The position numbers and the translations under genes are program-made. The notes beneath the pieces were generated by a model. That model searched no databases. It was not told the DNA's origin and saw only the letters and a list, made by a program, of their open reading frames with translations. DNA of 64,000 nt from Patescibacteria group bacterium (GTDB lineage Bacteria > Patescibacteriota > Dojkabacteria > GCA-002793355): NCBI GenBank assembly GCA_016860985.1, contig BOKM01000001.1, positions 591,462 to 655,461 on the forward strand, in the 5' to 3' direction. Of this stretch, positions 9,499 through 19,053 are shown one piece after another. Within the stretch, counting starts at the first letter, position 1, and every line of letters starts with the position of its first letter.

Positions 9499-11562
9499 CT
9501 ATTGACACTCAGAAGGAGGATTTTTAATTTCTTGTTCGGCTTCCTGTATCTCGTTTTCTGCTGTTGGGATAAAAGCTTCTGCCTTTTTGTACCACTCAAT
9601 CGCTTCTTGCGGTTTGCATTGCTGCCTAGACAATTCACCAAGGTGCATGTAGGCGTACCAGTAGTCTGGTTTAAGTTGAAGGGCTCTTTCGAATGCAGGT
9701 CTGGCGTCACTAAAATTCTTAATAAAGAGATAACGAAGGCCAAGCGAGTCCCATGTTGCAGGTAGAGTCGCATCTACGGATAAAATCTTTTTATATGCAT
9801 CAATAGATGCAGAAACGAAGGTTGGATCGTTTTTTAGCTTGGCGAGAGTGTAGTAGCTATCGGCAGCAATTCGTAAGTCGTCTAAATCTTTGCTTTGTGA
9901 AAGTTGAGTAAGGTATGTTTGTGTAAGGCGGTGCTCAGGATATTGATAGACAAGAAATCGCTTGAGTACATTATTTTGAAGTGGGAGTGCTGCGTATGCT
10001 TCGACGGTTGTTTCTTCGAGAGGAACTGCATTTTGAGTGAGTTTTTCTATAGCAAATTCAGCTTTTGCCTGAGTGAATATCCATAAAAGCAATGTTACAA
10101 AAATAACAAGAAGGAGTGCTTTTTCAGTTGGTATCGGTTTTCTAAGGGTCTCGTCATAATCAAGTGCTCGCGCAGCAATATACGCAAAGGCCAGTATTAC
10201 AAGTATCGTGGTTACGTGAGTAGGGTAATAAAAGACACCTTGCGCAAAGTATGCAACTAAAAGCGCAATGATTGAGATATCAATCTTCATTTTTGTGAAT
10301 ACATAACGGAAGACAAAAAAGAGAAGTATTGCACTTCCTGCTGTTGCTAGAATTCCGAACTGTACTAATGAGTTAATGTAAAGACTTCGAATATAAAAGG
10401 GTTTAGTAGCACTGTCCGTAGGAAAGTTATTAAAAATTGGGTCTCTGTATTTTGGTAGTTCAAAGAAACCTGCATCTGGTCCAACTCCAAAGAAGAAATT
10501 TTTTGGCGTTGCAAGCCATGTTTTTATCCCCCACTTCCACTCAAGCAAACGAATATCTGCGCTAGAGTATTGGGCGGCATTTTGATAGAAAACGAGTCCG
10601 TCTTCTAGACCTTCTCCTCCAATAGATTGCGAAATCGCGGTGAGTGTTTGTTGTGACTCGGCAACGAGATCAGTATTTCTGGCGCTATAATCATTTCGGT
10701 ATTGGTAGCCAATTAGTCCCATGAATGTCGTTAGTACAGTTACTGCAATCACTACTTTTACGCGTTCTTGCCGGGAGGTCTTTTGTATGACAGCAAGAAT
10801 AGTAATAATAACCGCCGTTACTCCTGCCATAAGTAGTGCGCTTCGTGTGAATGTAAGGAGGAGTGCAGTGCTTATTCCTAGATATAAGATGGTCGAACCG
10901 AGTGTTTTAAGTATAGATGCTTTGTTTACAAAATTTGTAAGTGCCTGGCTGAAGTTGTAGCTCCACAGCATTCCTAAAAAGTAAGCTGCAAAAAGTGGGT
11001 TTTTAAATCCAAGGGATAGTCGTGTTACACCTTGAGAAATGTAACCAGTACTTGGCTTCCATAAATAATATTCTCCGAGACTATAGATGATAGTGAGTAC
11101 AATAAGGAGCGAAAGTAGTGTGTGAAACACCATCCGTTCTGAAGAATACTTTCTTAAAAGGAGAAAATACGTCCACCATGAAAAGAAAAGACAGGTATAA
11201 GCGAGCCACATCATCCAGTTGCTCTCCCAGCTTGTAAACATACCGAAAACTGATGCCAATGGAGAAGTAGAGAAAAGTGTTGATAAAACGAACGAAATTA
11301 CGGTGAAACCCGCTGCAGTACTGAGTATTTTTCCTGCTTTTGCGAAAAGCCGTTTGCTTAATGAGGGGACGACTAGTAGCAGTTGAACGACTCCGAAAAG
11401 TGCCGCAATACTAATAAAAATAATCTTGCTTGTGCTATGAAAAGACGAGAACATTGTGAAGTTAACAAAGGGTGCTAAAACGAGTGTGACGAAAAAGAGG
11501 TAGCTACCAGAAAGAAAAACGACTGCAGGGACAAGTTTTGTGGTAGTAGTCTTCGTTGACAT
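9499..11562 (-). CDS. O-antigen ligase-like (Wzy_C-type) polytopic membrane protein with C-terminal TPR repeats
   Basis: At least 12 predicted TM helices in the N-terminal two thirds. C-terminal TPR-like repeats, for example 'ARPAFERALQLKPDYWYAYMHLGELSRQQCKPQEAIEWYKKAEAF'. Confidence 0.55.
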   Translation of the reverse strand: MSTKTTTTKLVPAVVFLSGSYLFFVTLVLAPFVNFTMFSSFHSTSKIIFISIAALFGVVQLLLVVPSLSKRLFAKAGKILSTAAGFTVISFVLSTLFSTSPLASVFGMFTSWESNWMMWLAYTCLFFSWWTYFLLLRKYSSERMVFHTLLSLLIVLTIIYSLGEYYLWKPSTGYISQGVTRLSLGFKNPLFAAYFLGMLWSYNFSQALTNFVNKASILKTLGSTILYLGISTALLLTFTRSALLMAGVTAVIITILAVIQKTSRQERVKVVIAVTVLTTFMGLIGYQYRNDYSARNTDLVAESQQTLTAISQSIGGEGLEDGLVFYQNAAQYSSADIRLLEWKWGIKTWLATPKNFFFGVGPDAGFFELPKYRDPIFNNFPTDSATKPFYIRSLYINSLVQFGILATAGSAILLFFVFRYVFTKMKIDISIIALLVAYFAQGVFYYPTHVTTILVILAFAYIAARALDYDETLRKPIPTEKALLLVIFVTLLLWIFTQAKAEFAIEKLTQNAVPLEETTVEAYAALPLQNNVLKRFLVYQYPEHRLTQTYLTQLSQSKDLDDLRIAADSYYTLAKLKNDPTFVSASIDAYKKILSVDATLPATWDSLGLRYLFIKNFSDARPAFERALQLKPDYWYAYMHLGELSRQQCKPQEAIEWYKKAEAFIPTAENEIQEAEQEIKNPPSECQ

Positions 11563-11590
11563 GATGCTTCAGTATCGCTATTATAATGTA

Positions 11591-12127
11591 ATGTCCTTGA
11601 CCAAGCAAATCATAATTGGAGTAATAGCCACAATATCGTTATTACTCTTTGGAGTTGGGAGTTATTACGCAAGTAAGCAGCTTTTTCCAGATCCAACTTC
11701 CGGATCCTCTGGTAGTGTGACGCCAACTCCTTCTGTTACATCTAATGTTCCAACTGTTAGTGATATGAAACGGTTAGAGCCAAGAAATTTACAAGCAAAA
11801 GTGGAAGGCGATAACGTTGTTGTTACATTCGAGACTGCAGAAAAAGTTGGTACCTTACTTTATGTTACTCCAAGCAAAACCGAAAAAATTGCTCAAGCAA
11901 TGAAAGATTACAATAACGGAGTTGCTATTGCCGGCAAGTGGTTTAATGTGACAGCCGAAGCCGAGGGCGCGGTTAATCATACATCAACGTTTCCTAAAAC
12001 CGTTCTAAATGCTTCTGGCGATTCTTACTACTATGTTGTTGTTAGCTACAAAAAGTATTGGCTCCCGTACGGTTCTGTGACAGATTATCAGAATGGCGTA
12101 GCCGAACCTTATATTATTAAGCTGTAA
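11591..12127 (+). CDS. hypothetical secreted/signal-anchored protein
   Basis: Start moved to ATG 11591, 'MSLTKQIIIGVIATISLLLFGVG...', to avoid overlap with the divergent gene. Ser/Thr-rich linker. Confidence 0.45.
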   Translation: MSLTKQIIIGVIATISLLLFGVGSYYASKQLFPDPTSGSSGSVTPTPSVTSNVPTVSDMKRLEPRNLQAKVEGDNVVVTFETAEKVGTLLYVTPSKTEKIAQAMKDYNNGVAIAGKWFNVTAEAEGAVNHTSTFPKTVLNASGDSYYYVVVSYKKYWLPYGSVTDYQNGVAEPYIIKL

Positions 12128-12141
12128 AAGTTTGCGTTACT

Positions 12142-13908
12142 ATGGCATATAAATACGAAGTGCAACAAAAAGCAAACACCGTAAAGGTGCGTGTGTTGAT
12201 TGCGGTGTATGTAATGTTCGTTGTCTCTTCTATTCTTATTGGTATTGCAGTTCGACTACAGCAGTTGCAAAGTGTTCGTCCAAACAGACCTAGCGCAGAT
12301 ACTGCCGGAAACCCTGCTGCAGCAGCAGTTTCACAAGCAAGTGATCCTACATACTCAGTTAGGCAACTTGGTGCATTGGCGTATTGTGAAGTTGTTGATG
12401 CGAACGGCCAATCAACCGGCACAAAACTCCTCTTGGCAGCGCGTTTCACGTTTAGGCAAATAAAACGAGATGTGGGGCAATACGGTACAGCTCTTGGAAC
12501 GGTTTGTTCTAGCGCAACTACTGGAAACCCACAATGTAATTGGAAAACTGCTACCGATCCAACCAACCGATGTCATGACACTCAAGATGGGCAATGTAAT
12601 CCTGCGGACTTTTATGCCTGTGATGATGGTTCAATTCCAGGTGCAAACTTCTTTTATGATGTAACAAAAGATTCGACCGTTACAAATTATATGGTTACGT
12701 GGCCAGGCAATGTAGTGCTTGGGAATTTGATTTACGATAATAACGAGGTCGATGTCTTTCTAAACCAGAATATGGGGGACTTAGCAGGCAATACGATAAC
12801 AAGGAATGGTGTGACTTATACCATCGACAAATCAACCTTAGCCACAGTCGATACGAATTCAATCTTCCCAATTTACAACTGGCGCTGTAACAATGATGTT
12901 TGTTCTTCTGGATCTTGTCAGAATGGGAGTTTAACGTATCAAGACTCACTATGTTCCTTTAACTCAACTTCCAGAGTATTTAACTGCCCAACAAATAAGT
13001 ATGTCTTTTATTCAGTGTTAACCGATCATAAGGCTTTTTACTACAACCTCTCAAACAAAGCAGGTCAAGTCGCTGGTGATCCTTCTTGGGTAAAAATGGG
13101 GTATGCCTACGAAACCTTGGCAGATGCTTCATACTCAAACGCAATGCCCGGTGCAAATGATAATGCGATAAACTTCAAAGGCAACCTCGCAAAGTTTAAG
13201 TACATCTGTAGATCAAATACTGTTACGACCTTAACCCCAACACCCTCAACAATTATTAGCGCAAGAAAAACAGGGCCGGTATGTGTAGAAAGAGTTGCCC
13301 CAAATAACGAGGCAACCTTTACCATTACGGTTACTAATAATGGGTCAACCCAAGCAACAATCGATAACGTTGAAGACGCGTTACCACAAGGATTTACCTA
13401 CAAAGCAAACTCTACAAGAATTAACGGAAATGTAATGTCTGATTCCTATGTAACGACAGTGAATTCAGGTACATCACAAAAGGTTACGTTTGCACCACCT
13501 TCAGGTCAACCAGCCTGGACATTAAATCAAAATCAGTCATTGACCATTGTATTCACTACTATTGCTTCTACAACTGCTGTGACGGGCATTAATACAAACC
13601 GAGTGGTAGTAACGCCTGAGAATCAAGATGCAATCGATAACATCACTTACCAATTCGAAGTCGCTCAAACGTGTAACCCAGTAACTGGAATCTTTGACGA
13701 GCCACTCGCAGTATTCGCAATGAGCGGTGTAATAATTATCTTCGGAGTATATCTTCTCTATGCCCCAGGTGGTGCGAATGTTATGGCAAAACTTGATGGG
13801 ATTGGTGCAAAGGTACAAAAGAAGGTTACCGCAACCGGAAAGAAACTCGAAGAAAAAGCAGATCCAAAAAAGCAATTCGAAAAAAGAGTTTTGAGTAGGC
13901 GCAAATAG
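12142..13908 (+). CDS. cysteine-rich surface protein with DUF11-like conserved repeat domain and C-terminal TM anchor
   Basis: N-terminal signal anchor and many Cys. 'ATFTITVTNNGSTQATIDNVEDALPQGFTYKANSTRINGNVMSD' resembles the DUF11 'conserved repeat domain'. C-terminal hydrophobic helix 'LAVFAMSGVIIIFGVYLLYA' plus Lys-rich tail. Confidence 0.5.
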   Translation: MAYKYEVQQKANTVKVRVLIAVYVMFVVSSILIGIAVRLQQLQSVRPNRPSADTAGNPAAAAVSQASDPTYSVRQLGALAYCEVVDANGQSTGTKLLLAARFTFRQIKRDVGQYGTALGTVCSSATTGNPQCNWKTATDPTNRCHDTQDGQCNPADFYACDDGSIPGANFFYDVTKDSTVTNYMVTWPGNVVLGNLIYDNNEVDVFLNQNMGDLAGNTITRNGVTYTIDKSTLATVDTNSIFPIYNWRCNNDVCSSGSCQNGSLTYQDSLCSFNSTSRVFNCPTNKYVFYSVLTDHKAFYYNLSNKAGQVAGDPSWVKMGYAYETLADASYSNAMPGANDNAINFKGNLAKFKYICRSNTVTTLTPTPSTIISARKTGPVCVERVAPNNEATFTITVTNNGSTQATIDNVEDALPQGFTYKANSTRINGNVMSDSYVTTVNSGTSQKVTFAPPSGQPAWTLNQNQSLTIVFTTIASTTAVTGINTNRVVVTPENQDAIDNITYQFEVAQTCNPVTGIFDEPLAVFAMSGVIIIFGVYLLYAPGGANVMAKLDGIGAKVQKKVTATGKKLEEKADPKKQFEKRVLSRRK

Positions 13909-13933
13909 CCTGCAATAAAATCATCGGACTCAT

Positions 13934-14641
13934 ATGGAATTTCCAGTAATGATTGGAGATAAAAAGCTTGTATTCGATTCAAACTTGCAAGGGGTAATGG
14001 TAGAGGGTAAGGAGTTCGTCTCAACAAAAGATACTCCTCTTGTTTACGAGCAAGTTAAAGACCTGAGACACGCACATGTACGCACGCAGATGTCTTCAAA
14101 TACCAGTACGCTTATACCTGCACTTCGAGTGTTAGGGGTTCGATATCCGTCATATTTTGATCAGTCAGAAGTTGTCGCTTCACAAAATGATATTTCGTTT
14201 TATTGGAATAAATCGAAGTTGGCAGCCTACTACAACCGATATTCAACTGATAACCTTACCTATGAGGTTCGAAAAGAAACAATTAAGCAAGCGGTCGAGT
14301 TTCTTGCAAATCGTGACACTATTGATCTTCCCGAAGAGTACCTCAAAGAAATGGATGAGCCGTGTGCCTTCTTAGGAATATTTAGGGGATTCCCCATATT
14401 TGATAGCAAAACGGGAGTGGCTAAACTGCTTTGCCGTATAGGTATTCATATTGATCCCGAAGTCGTTATGATCTCGACACCTTTGGATGAGCATTCCAGC
14501 TTGGTCTACGAACTCGCGACTCAAATCGGCAGTGAGCTTGGCATTCAAGGGGTATATAAAAAGAATAGAGTATCTTTTAGTCAGAAGGAGCAAGTCGTTG
14601 ATTTCATTCTAAAAGAGGCAAGAGGCAAACCTATAACTTGA
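13934..14641 (+). CDS. hypothetical protein
   Basis: 235-aa ORF, no recognised motif. Confidence 0.4.
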   Translation: MEFPVMIGDKKLVFDSNLQGVMVEGKEFVSTKDTPLVYEQVKDLRHAHVRTQMSSNTSTLIPALRVLGVRYPSYFDQSEVVASQNDISFYWNKSKLAAYYNRYSTDNLTYEVRKETIKQAVEFLANRDTIDLPEEYLKEMDEPCAFLGIFRGFPIFDSKTGVAKLLCRIGIHIDPEVVMISTPLDEHSSLVYELATQIGSELGIQGVYKKNRVSFSQKEQVVDFILKEARGKPIT

Positions 14642-15473
14642 AGTGATCAAGAGCGGCGATTATGCCGTTCTCGTCAACTGAATGAGACGAGATATAACCC
14701 TGTTCTCCTTTTGCTTTCACGAGTTCTTTTAGCTCGGGGCTTCCGTTATCTAGGGTTGCAACCGAACCGCAAAGTTCCATAAACGTCCAGTCGTTGGTAC
14801 TATCACCCATCGCTAGTGTGTTGGTCAGTGAAATTTTTTGCAATGCCGAGAGCTTTTGTACGCCGGTTCGCTTGGTAGCTTGTGGATTCGTAAAGAAAGC
14901 TGCCATTTTAGGTACAAGAGAGGGGTTGATTCCCCAATGCATTGCTGCATGTTTTGTATAGTGCTGTGCAATTTCTTTTAGTTGACTGGTTTGCCATTCG
15001 TCTGTTGGTAGCGTAATAATTTTTGAAATGTTGTTTTGGGTTGCTTCTGAGAGCATTGTTGCTTGTTTTCCTAAAAGTTTTGTTCTGCCGTCGAGAATTA
15101 TTCGGTCAGAATGTGGGAGTGCAAAATATTCGTTTCCGCAGTACCACTCTGTAAAAATATTCGTTTGTCTGAGTTCTTCGATGAGTGCCTTCGCAGAGGT
15201 TGTTTTTATGAGAGAGGTCTCTATCTTTTCTGTCTTTCCGTGGATTATGGTTGCTCCTGCATCGGTAACATGGTAATTATCTTCGATGCCGCATGCCTCT
15301 AAGATTGGTTTTACTGCAAAGTACGCCTTTACAGTGCATAGCGAAATTGCCACACCATTCTTTGACAAATTTTGTAAACGCTCTTGAACCTCAGGGGTAG
15401 GTAGGGGGAAATTAGTACCTTCTTTGTGACCGAGTATTACTCCGTCGATGTCTAGTATAAGTGCTTTAATCAT
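14631..15473 (-). CDS. HAD-superfamily hydrolase, Cof-type (subfamily IIB)
   Basis: Motif I 'LILDIDGVIL' and C-terminal 'AMGDSTNDWTFMELCG' motif IV. Start moved to ATG 15473, 'MIKALILDIDG'. Confidence 0.7.
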   Translation of the reverse strand: MIKALILDIDGVILGHKEGTNFPLPTPEVQERLQNLSKNGVAISLCTVKAYFAVKPILEACGIEDNYHVTDAGATIIHGKTEKIETSLIKTTSAKALIEELRQTNIFTEWYCGNEYFALPHSDRIILDGRTKLLGKQATMLSEATQNNISKIITLPTDEWQTSQLKEIAQHYTKHAAMHWGINPSLVPKMAAFFTNPQATKRTGVQKLSALQKISLTNTLAMGDSTNDWTFMELCGSVATLDNGSPELKELVKAKGEQGYISSHSVDENGIIAALDHFKL

Positions 15474-15553
15474 GTACAAGTATACCTCAATATGTGCAAG
15501 TGACACAAAATTAGCTATAATCCACGACAAAGATAAATTATTGGGTAACCGGT

Positions 15554-18142
15554 ATGCCGACTCATAGCGCGTACGACTTCGCAGCAGTGCAAAAAAAATG
15601 GAATGAGAAATGGGAAACCCTTGGACTTGCTCGCGCAGAAGATTTTTCTAAGAAACCTAAAAAGTACGCTCTTGTAGAACTACCGTATCCCAGTGCGGCA
15701 GGTCTTCACATGGGGCATTGCTGGAATTACACGTTGTTTGATGCCTACTCACGATTTTATCGACTCCGCGGTTATAACGTACTTTACCCTATGGGGTGGG
15801 ATTCTTTTGGGCTTCCAACCTATAATCACGCGGTAAAAGTTGGCAGAGATCCACACGAAGTTTCGACTGAAAATGTTCAAATCTTTAAAAGACAATTGAA
15901 GGAACTTGGATTGGGTTTTGATTGGGAGCGAGAAATTGATACCTCTTCTCCAGAATACTACAGATGGACGCAATGGATATTTATACAAATGTATGAACAT
16001 TGGTACGACTCCAATTTTGCTCGAAGAGATGGCGGAATAGGGCAGGCTCGTCCAATTTCAGATTTACCGATTCCTGCGGAGATTAAAAAAGCAGGATTAA
16101 AGGCGATTAAAGCTTACCAAGATAATTTCCGACTTGCCTTTAAGGCAAAAATGCCGGTCGCTTGGTGCCCCAAATGCAAAACGGGTTTGGCAAACGAAGA
16201 GGTATTAGGAGATAACACTCACGAGCGATGCGGCACTGTTGTAGAAGAACGTGAACTGGAGCAGTGGATGCTACGAATCACCGCGTATGCAGAGCGGTTG
16301 CTCGCAGATTTAGATACAGTAGATTTTCCTAATGGGGTAAAAGCAGCGCAGCGAAACTGGATAGGTAAAAAAACGGGAGTGAATATTACCTACCAAATAG
16401 TAACCGATAAAAATGAGGAAGTAGGAAGCATTACCTGTTTTACCACAAGGCCCGATACAAACTTCGGTGCAACCTTTGTAGTCGTTGCCCCAGAAAATCC
16501 TGTGCTCAAAACCATTGCTTCTTATATGGACAAAGAGACGTTACTTGCGGTTGAGGAATATAAAAAGAAGGCACAGTCAAAGACTAAATTAGAGCGTGAA
16601 GCAGAAGGCAAAAAGAAAACGGGAGTAGCTACTGGACTCTACTGTTTGAACCAACTTACAGGTACCAAAATGCCACTCTGCGTGTCTGATTTTGTGTTAA
16701 TGGACTTTGGTACGGGTGCTGTTGTAGGCGTTCCGGGGCATGATAAACGTGATTTCCAATTTGCAGAAGTGATGGGATTGCCTGTGATTCGAGTCGTCAA
16801 AAACGAAGATGGAGATATTTCTGAAATCACGTCACTCTCACAAGTACAAGAAGCAAAGGGAACAATGATTAACTCAGGTTTCTTGGATGGACTTGATATT
16901 CACGAAGCAACAAAAGTGATTACTGATTATTTAGAAGAGAAAGGTTGGGGTAAGAAAATTACGATGTATAAATTCCACGATTGGGTCTTCTCCCGTCAGC
17001 ATTATTGGGGTGAACCTACTCCAATGGTCTATTGTGAAGATTGCGGATGGAACCCAGTTCCAATGAAGGAGTTGCCTGTTACATTGCCAAAGCTTGACGA
17101 TTATAAAATGGGAGAAGATGGAAGTTCTCCATTGGAAAAAGCGACCTCGTGGATTGCCGCAAAGTGTCCAAATTGTCAAAAAGACGCTAAAAGAGAAACA
17201 GATGTAATGCCTAACTGGGCTGGCTCAAACTGGTACTATTTGCGCTACTTGGATCCACACAACAAAGAGAAGCTAGTCGATTTCAATATTGCAAAATACT
17301 GGATGCCACTTGATATCTATTACGGGGGGCAAGAACATGTAACCTTGCACTTGCTGTACTCTAGGTTCGTATACAAGTTCTTGTATGATCTTGGTTCAGT
17401 TCCTGGAGCGGAACCTTATCAAATGAGAAGGAATCACGGCATTATTCTTGGTCCAGATAATCGAAAGATGAGCAAGTCATGGGGAAATGTAGTCAATCCA
17501 GACCAAGTAGTGGAAAAATTCGGCGCAGATGCGGTACGTTTGTATATGATGTTCATTGGTCCCTACGATTCAGTTACACCATGGAGCGAAAAGTCTGTAA
17601 TTGGTGTAGCTAGATTCGTCGCAAGGCTGCATAAAAACCTATCCTCTAAGATTCGAATGGTGAAGGATGCTTCTGGCGAGGTTGGTAATGGTGACACAGT
17701 AGGCCTCGGTAAGCTTAAAAATAAGATTGCTTATGATGTCGAAAACCTCAAATTCAATACGGTAGTTTCTTCCTTGATGGAATTCTTCAATAAAAATGAA
17801 AAGGCAAACTGGACCGAAAAAAATATTGAGCAATTCTTGATACTCATCTCTCCGTTCACGCCATATTTGGCTGAAGAGTTGTGGGAAAGTTTAGGCAAAA
17901 CAGGTAGTGTTCATGCGCAATCACTTGAAATACAAGAAGAGAGCGGACAGGGAGTTGAGATAGTAGAAATTCCTGTAATGGTCAACGGTAAGGTGAGAGC
18001 TCGCCTTTCAGTCTCTATCGACGAACAGGAGCAAAAGGTGGTAGATGTTGCAATGACAATAACCGAGATTAAGAAATTCTTACCTGACGGGCACAAAAAA
18101 GTAGTATATGTACCTGGTAAAGCTGTAAACTTTGTAGGTTAA
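15554..18142 (+). CDS. leuS: leucyl-tRNA synthetase
   Basis: HIGH motif 'HMGHCWNYTLFDAYSRFYRLRGYNVLYPMGWDSFGLP', KMSKS 'RKMSKSWGNVVNP' and LeuRS editing-domain insertion; 862 aa. Confidence 0.95.
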   Translation: MPTHSAYDFAAVQKKWNEKWETLGLARAEDFSKKPKKYALVELPYPSAAGLHMGHCWNYTLFDAYSRFYRLRGYNVLYPMGWDSFGLPTYNHAVKVGRDPHEVSTENVQIFKRQLKELGLGFDWEREIDTSSPEYYRWTQWIFIQMYEHWYDSNFARRDGGIGQARPISDLPIPAEIKKAGLKAIKAYQDNFRLAFKAKMPVAWCPKCKTGLANEEVLGDNTHERCGTVVEERELEQWMLRITAYAERLLADLDTVDFPNGVKAAQRNWIGKKTGVNITYQIVTDKNEEVGSITCFTTRPDTNFGATFVVVAPENPVLKTIASYMDKETLLAVEEYKKKAQSKTKLEREAEGKKKTGVATGLYCLNQLTGTKMPLCVSDFVLMDFGTGAVVGVPGHDKRDFQFAEVMGLPVIRVVKNEDGDISEITSLSQVQEAKGTMINSGFLDGLDIHEATKVITDYLEEKGWGKKITMYKFHDWVFSRQHYWGEPTPMVYCEDCGWNPVPMKELPVTLPKLDDYKMGEDGSSPLEKATSWIAAKCPNCQKDAKRETDVMPNWAGSNWYYLRYLDPHNKEKLVDFNIAKYWMPLDIYYGGQEHVTLHLLYSRFVYKFLYDLGSVPGAEPYQMRRNHGIILGPDNRKMSKSWGNVVNPDQVVEKFGADAVRLYMMFIGPYDSVTPWSEKSVIGVARFVARLHKNLSSKIRMVKDASGEVGNGDTVGLGKLKNKIAYDVENLKFNTVVSSLMEFFNKNEKANWTEKNIEQFLILISPFTPYLAEELWESLGKTGSVHAQSLEIQEESGQGVEIVEIPVMVNGKVRARLSVSIDEQEQKVVDVAMTITEIKKFLPDGHKKVVYVPGKAVNFVG

Positions 18143-19014
18143 GCTGCCCACTGTAGCAATTTATTTACGTCGAGTTTTGCTTCTTCGATGTTTTTCATGC
18201 GAGGTGTTTCGAGAACCATAGGGATATGTGTAAGCTTCGGGTGTGTGACGATGCGTTTAAGTGCATCCTCTCCGATTAGGCCTTCGCCTAGGTTTTCATG
18301 ACGATCTTTTTTGGAGCCACATTCAACTTTTGAGTCGTTAAGATGTATTACTTTCACTAGTTCTAGTGAGATCAGGCTCTCAATTTCTGTAATTACCTCT
18401 TCTGTGTTAATCCAGTTGTAGCCCGAGGCGAACATGTGTTCGGTATCGAGGGCGATGCCAACACGGTCTTTTTGTTCAGTTTGTTCTCTTAGCCAGTTAA
18501 GATCCTCTAATTTTTCGCCAATAACTTGCCCTGCTCCTGCGCTAGATTCAAGAAGGAGTCGGCTTTTTCCTGGTGCATTCTCTAAAATCCAGTTAATCCC
18601 GTACACCGCACGGTCAAGTGCCTCTTGTTTGGTTGAATAGTGAATTGCCGAACCTACGTGTACGACAACGCCTCCTGCTTCAAAGTCCTGATCGTTCTTT
18701 TTCGCGCTGTTTTGGAGATATTCCATGAAGTTTAGGTAGTGGACCAACGAAAGCTTGCCCAAGTGGAATTTCTGTTTGTCTGGTTGCGCAAGGTTAATAA
18801 GGTAAATCGCGTGTGCAAATACTCTTTCTACCTGAGATTGCTGGAGTGCTTCGCACATTGAAAGTATTGAATCTTCGGTAATTGCCTTAGAGGTCCATCT
18901 TTGAGGTGGAGTAGGATGAATTTGAATTGTGTTTATTCCTAACTCTTTTGCCGCTGAAATGCCGTTGGCAAGTCCGCCAGCGACTGAAACATGTGCTCCT
19001 AAGTATCTCTTCAT
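18139..19014 (-). CDS. nfo: endonuclease IV (AP endonuclease family 2, TIM barrel)
   Basis: 'LGAHVSVAGGLANGISAAKELGINTIQIH' N-terminus and His/Glu metal-ligand pattern typical of Nfo. Overlaps the leuS stop by 4 nt (convergent). Confidence 0.8.
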   Translation of the reverse strand: MKRYLGAHVSVAGGLANGISAAKELGINTIQIHPTPPQRWTSKAITEDSILSMCEALQQSQVERVFAHAIYLINLAQPDKQKFHLGKLSLVHYLNFMEYLQNSAKKNDQDFEAGGVVVHVGSAIHYSTKQEALDRAVYGINWILENAPGKSRLLLESSAGAGQVIGEKLEDLNWLREQTEQKDRVGIALDTEHMFASGYNWINTEEVITEIESLISLELVKVIHLNDSKVECGSKKDRHENLGEGLIGEDALKRIVTHPKLTHIPMVLETPRMKNIEEAKLDVNKLLQWAA

Positions 19015-19053
19015 GCAATAAACTATATCACAAAGGAGGTGTTGTAATAGCGC

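Noticed and set aside
7517-9508. 663-aa ORF as given in the six-frame track for the ABC transporter
   Set aside because: Its first 54 codons are the tRNA-Gly gene and flanks read as protein. The biologically sensible start is the ATG at 9346.
12221-13875. Small ORFs overlapping the Cys-rich surface protein gene (for example 12221-12463 +, 13537-13875 -)
   Set aside because: Nested inside a well-supported 588-aa CDS in other frames, with no independent support.
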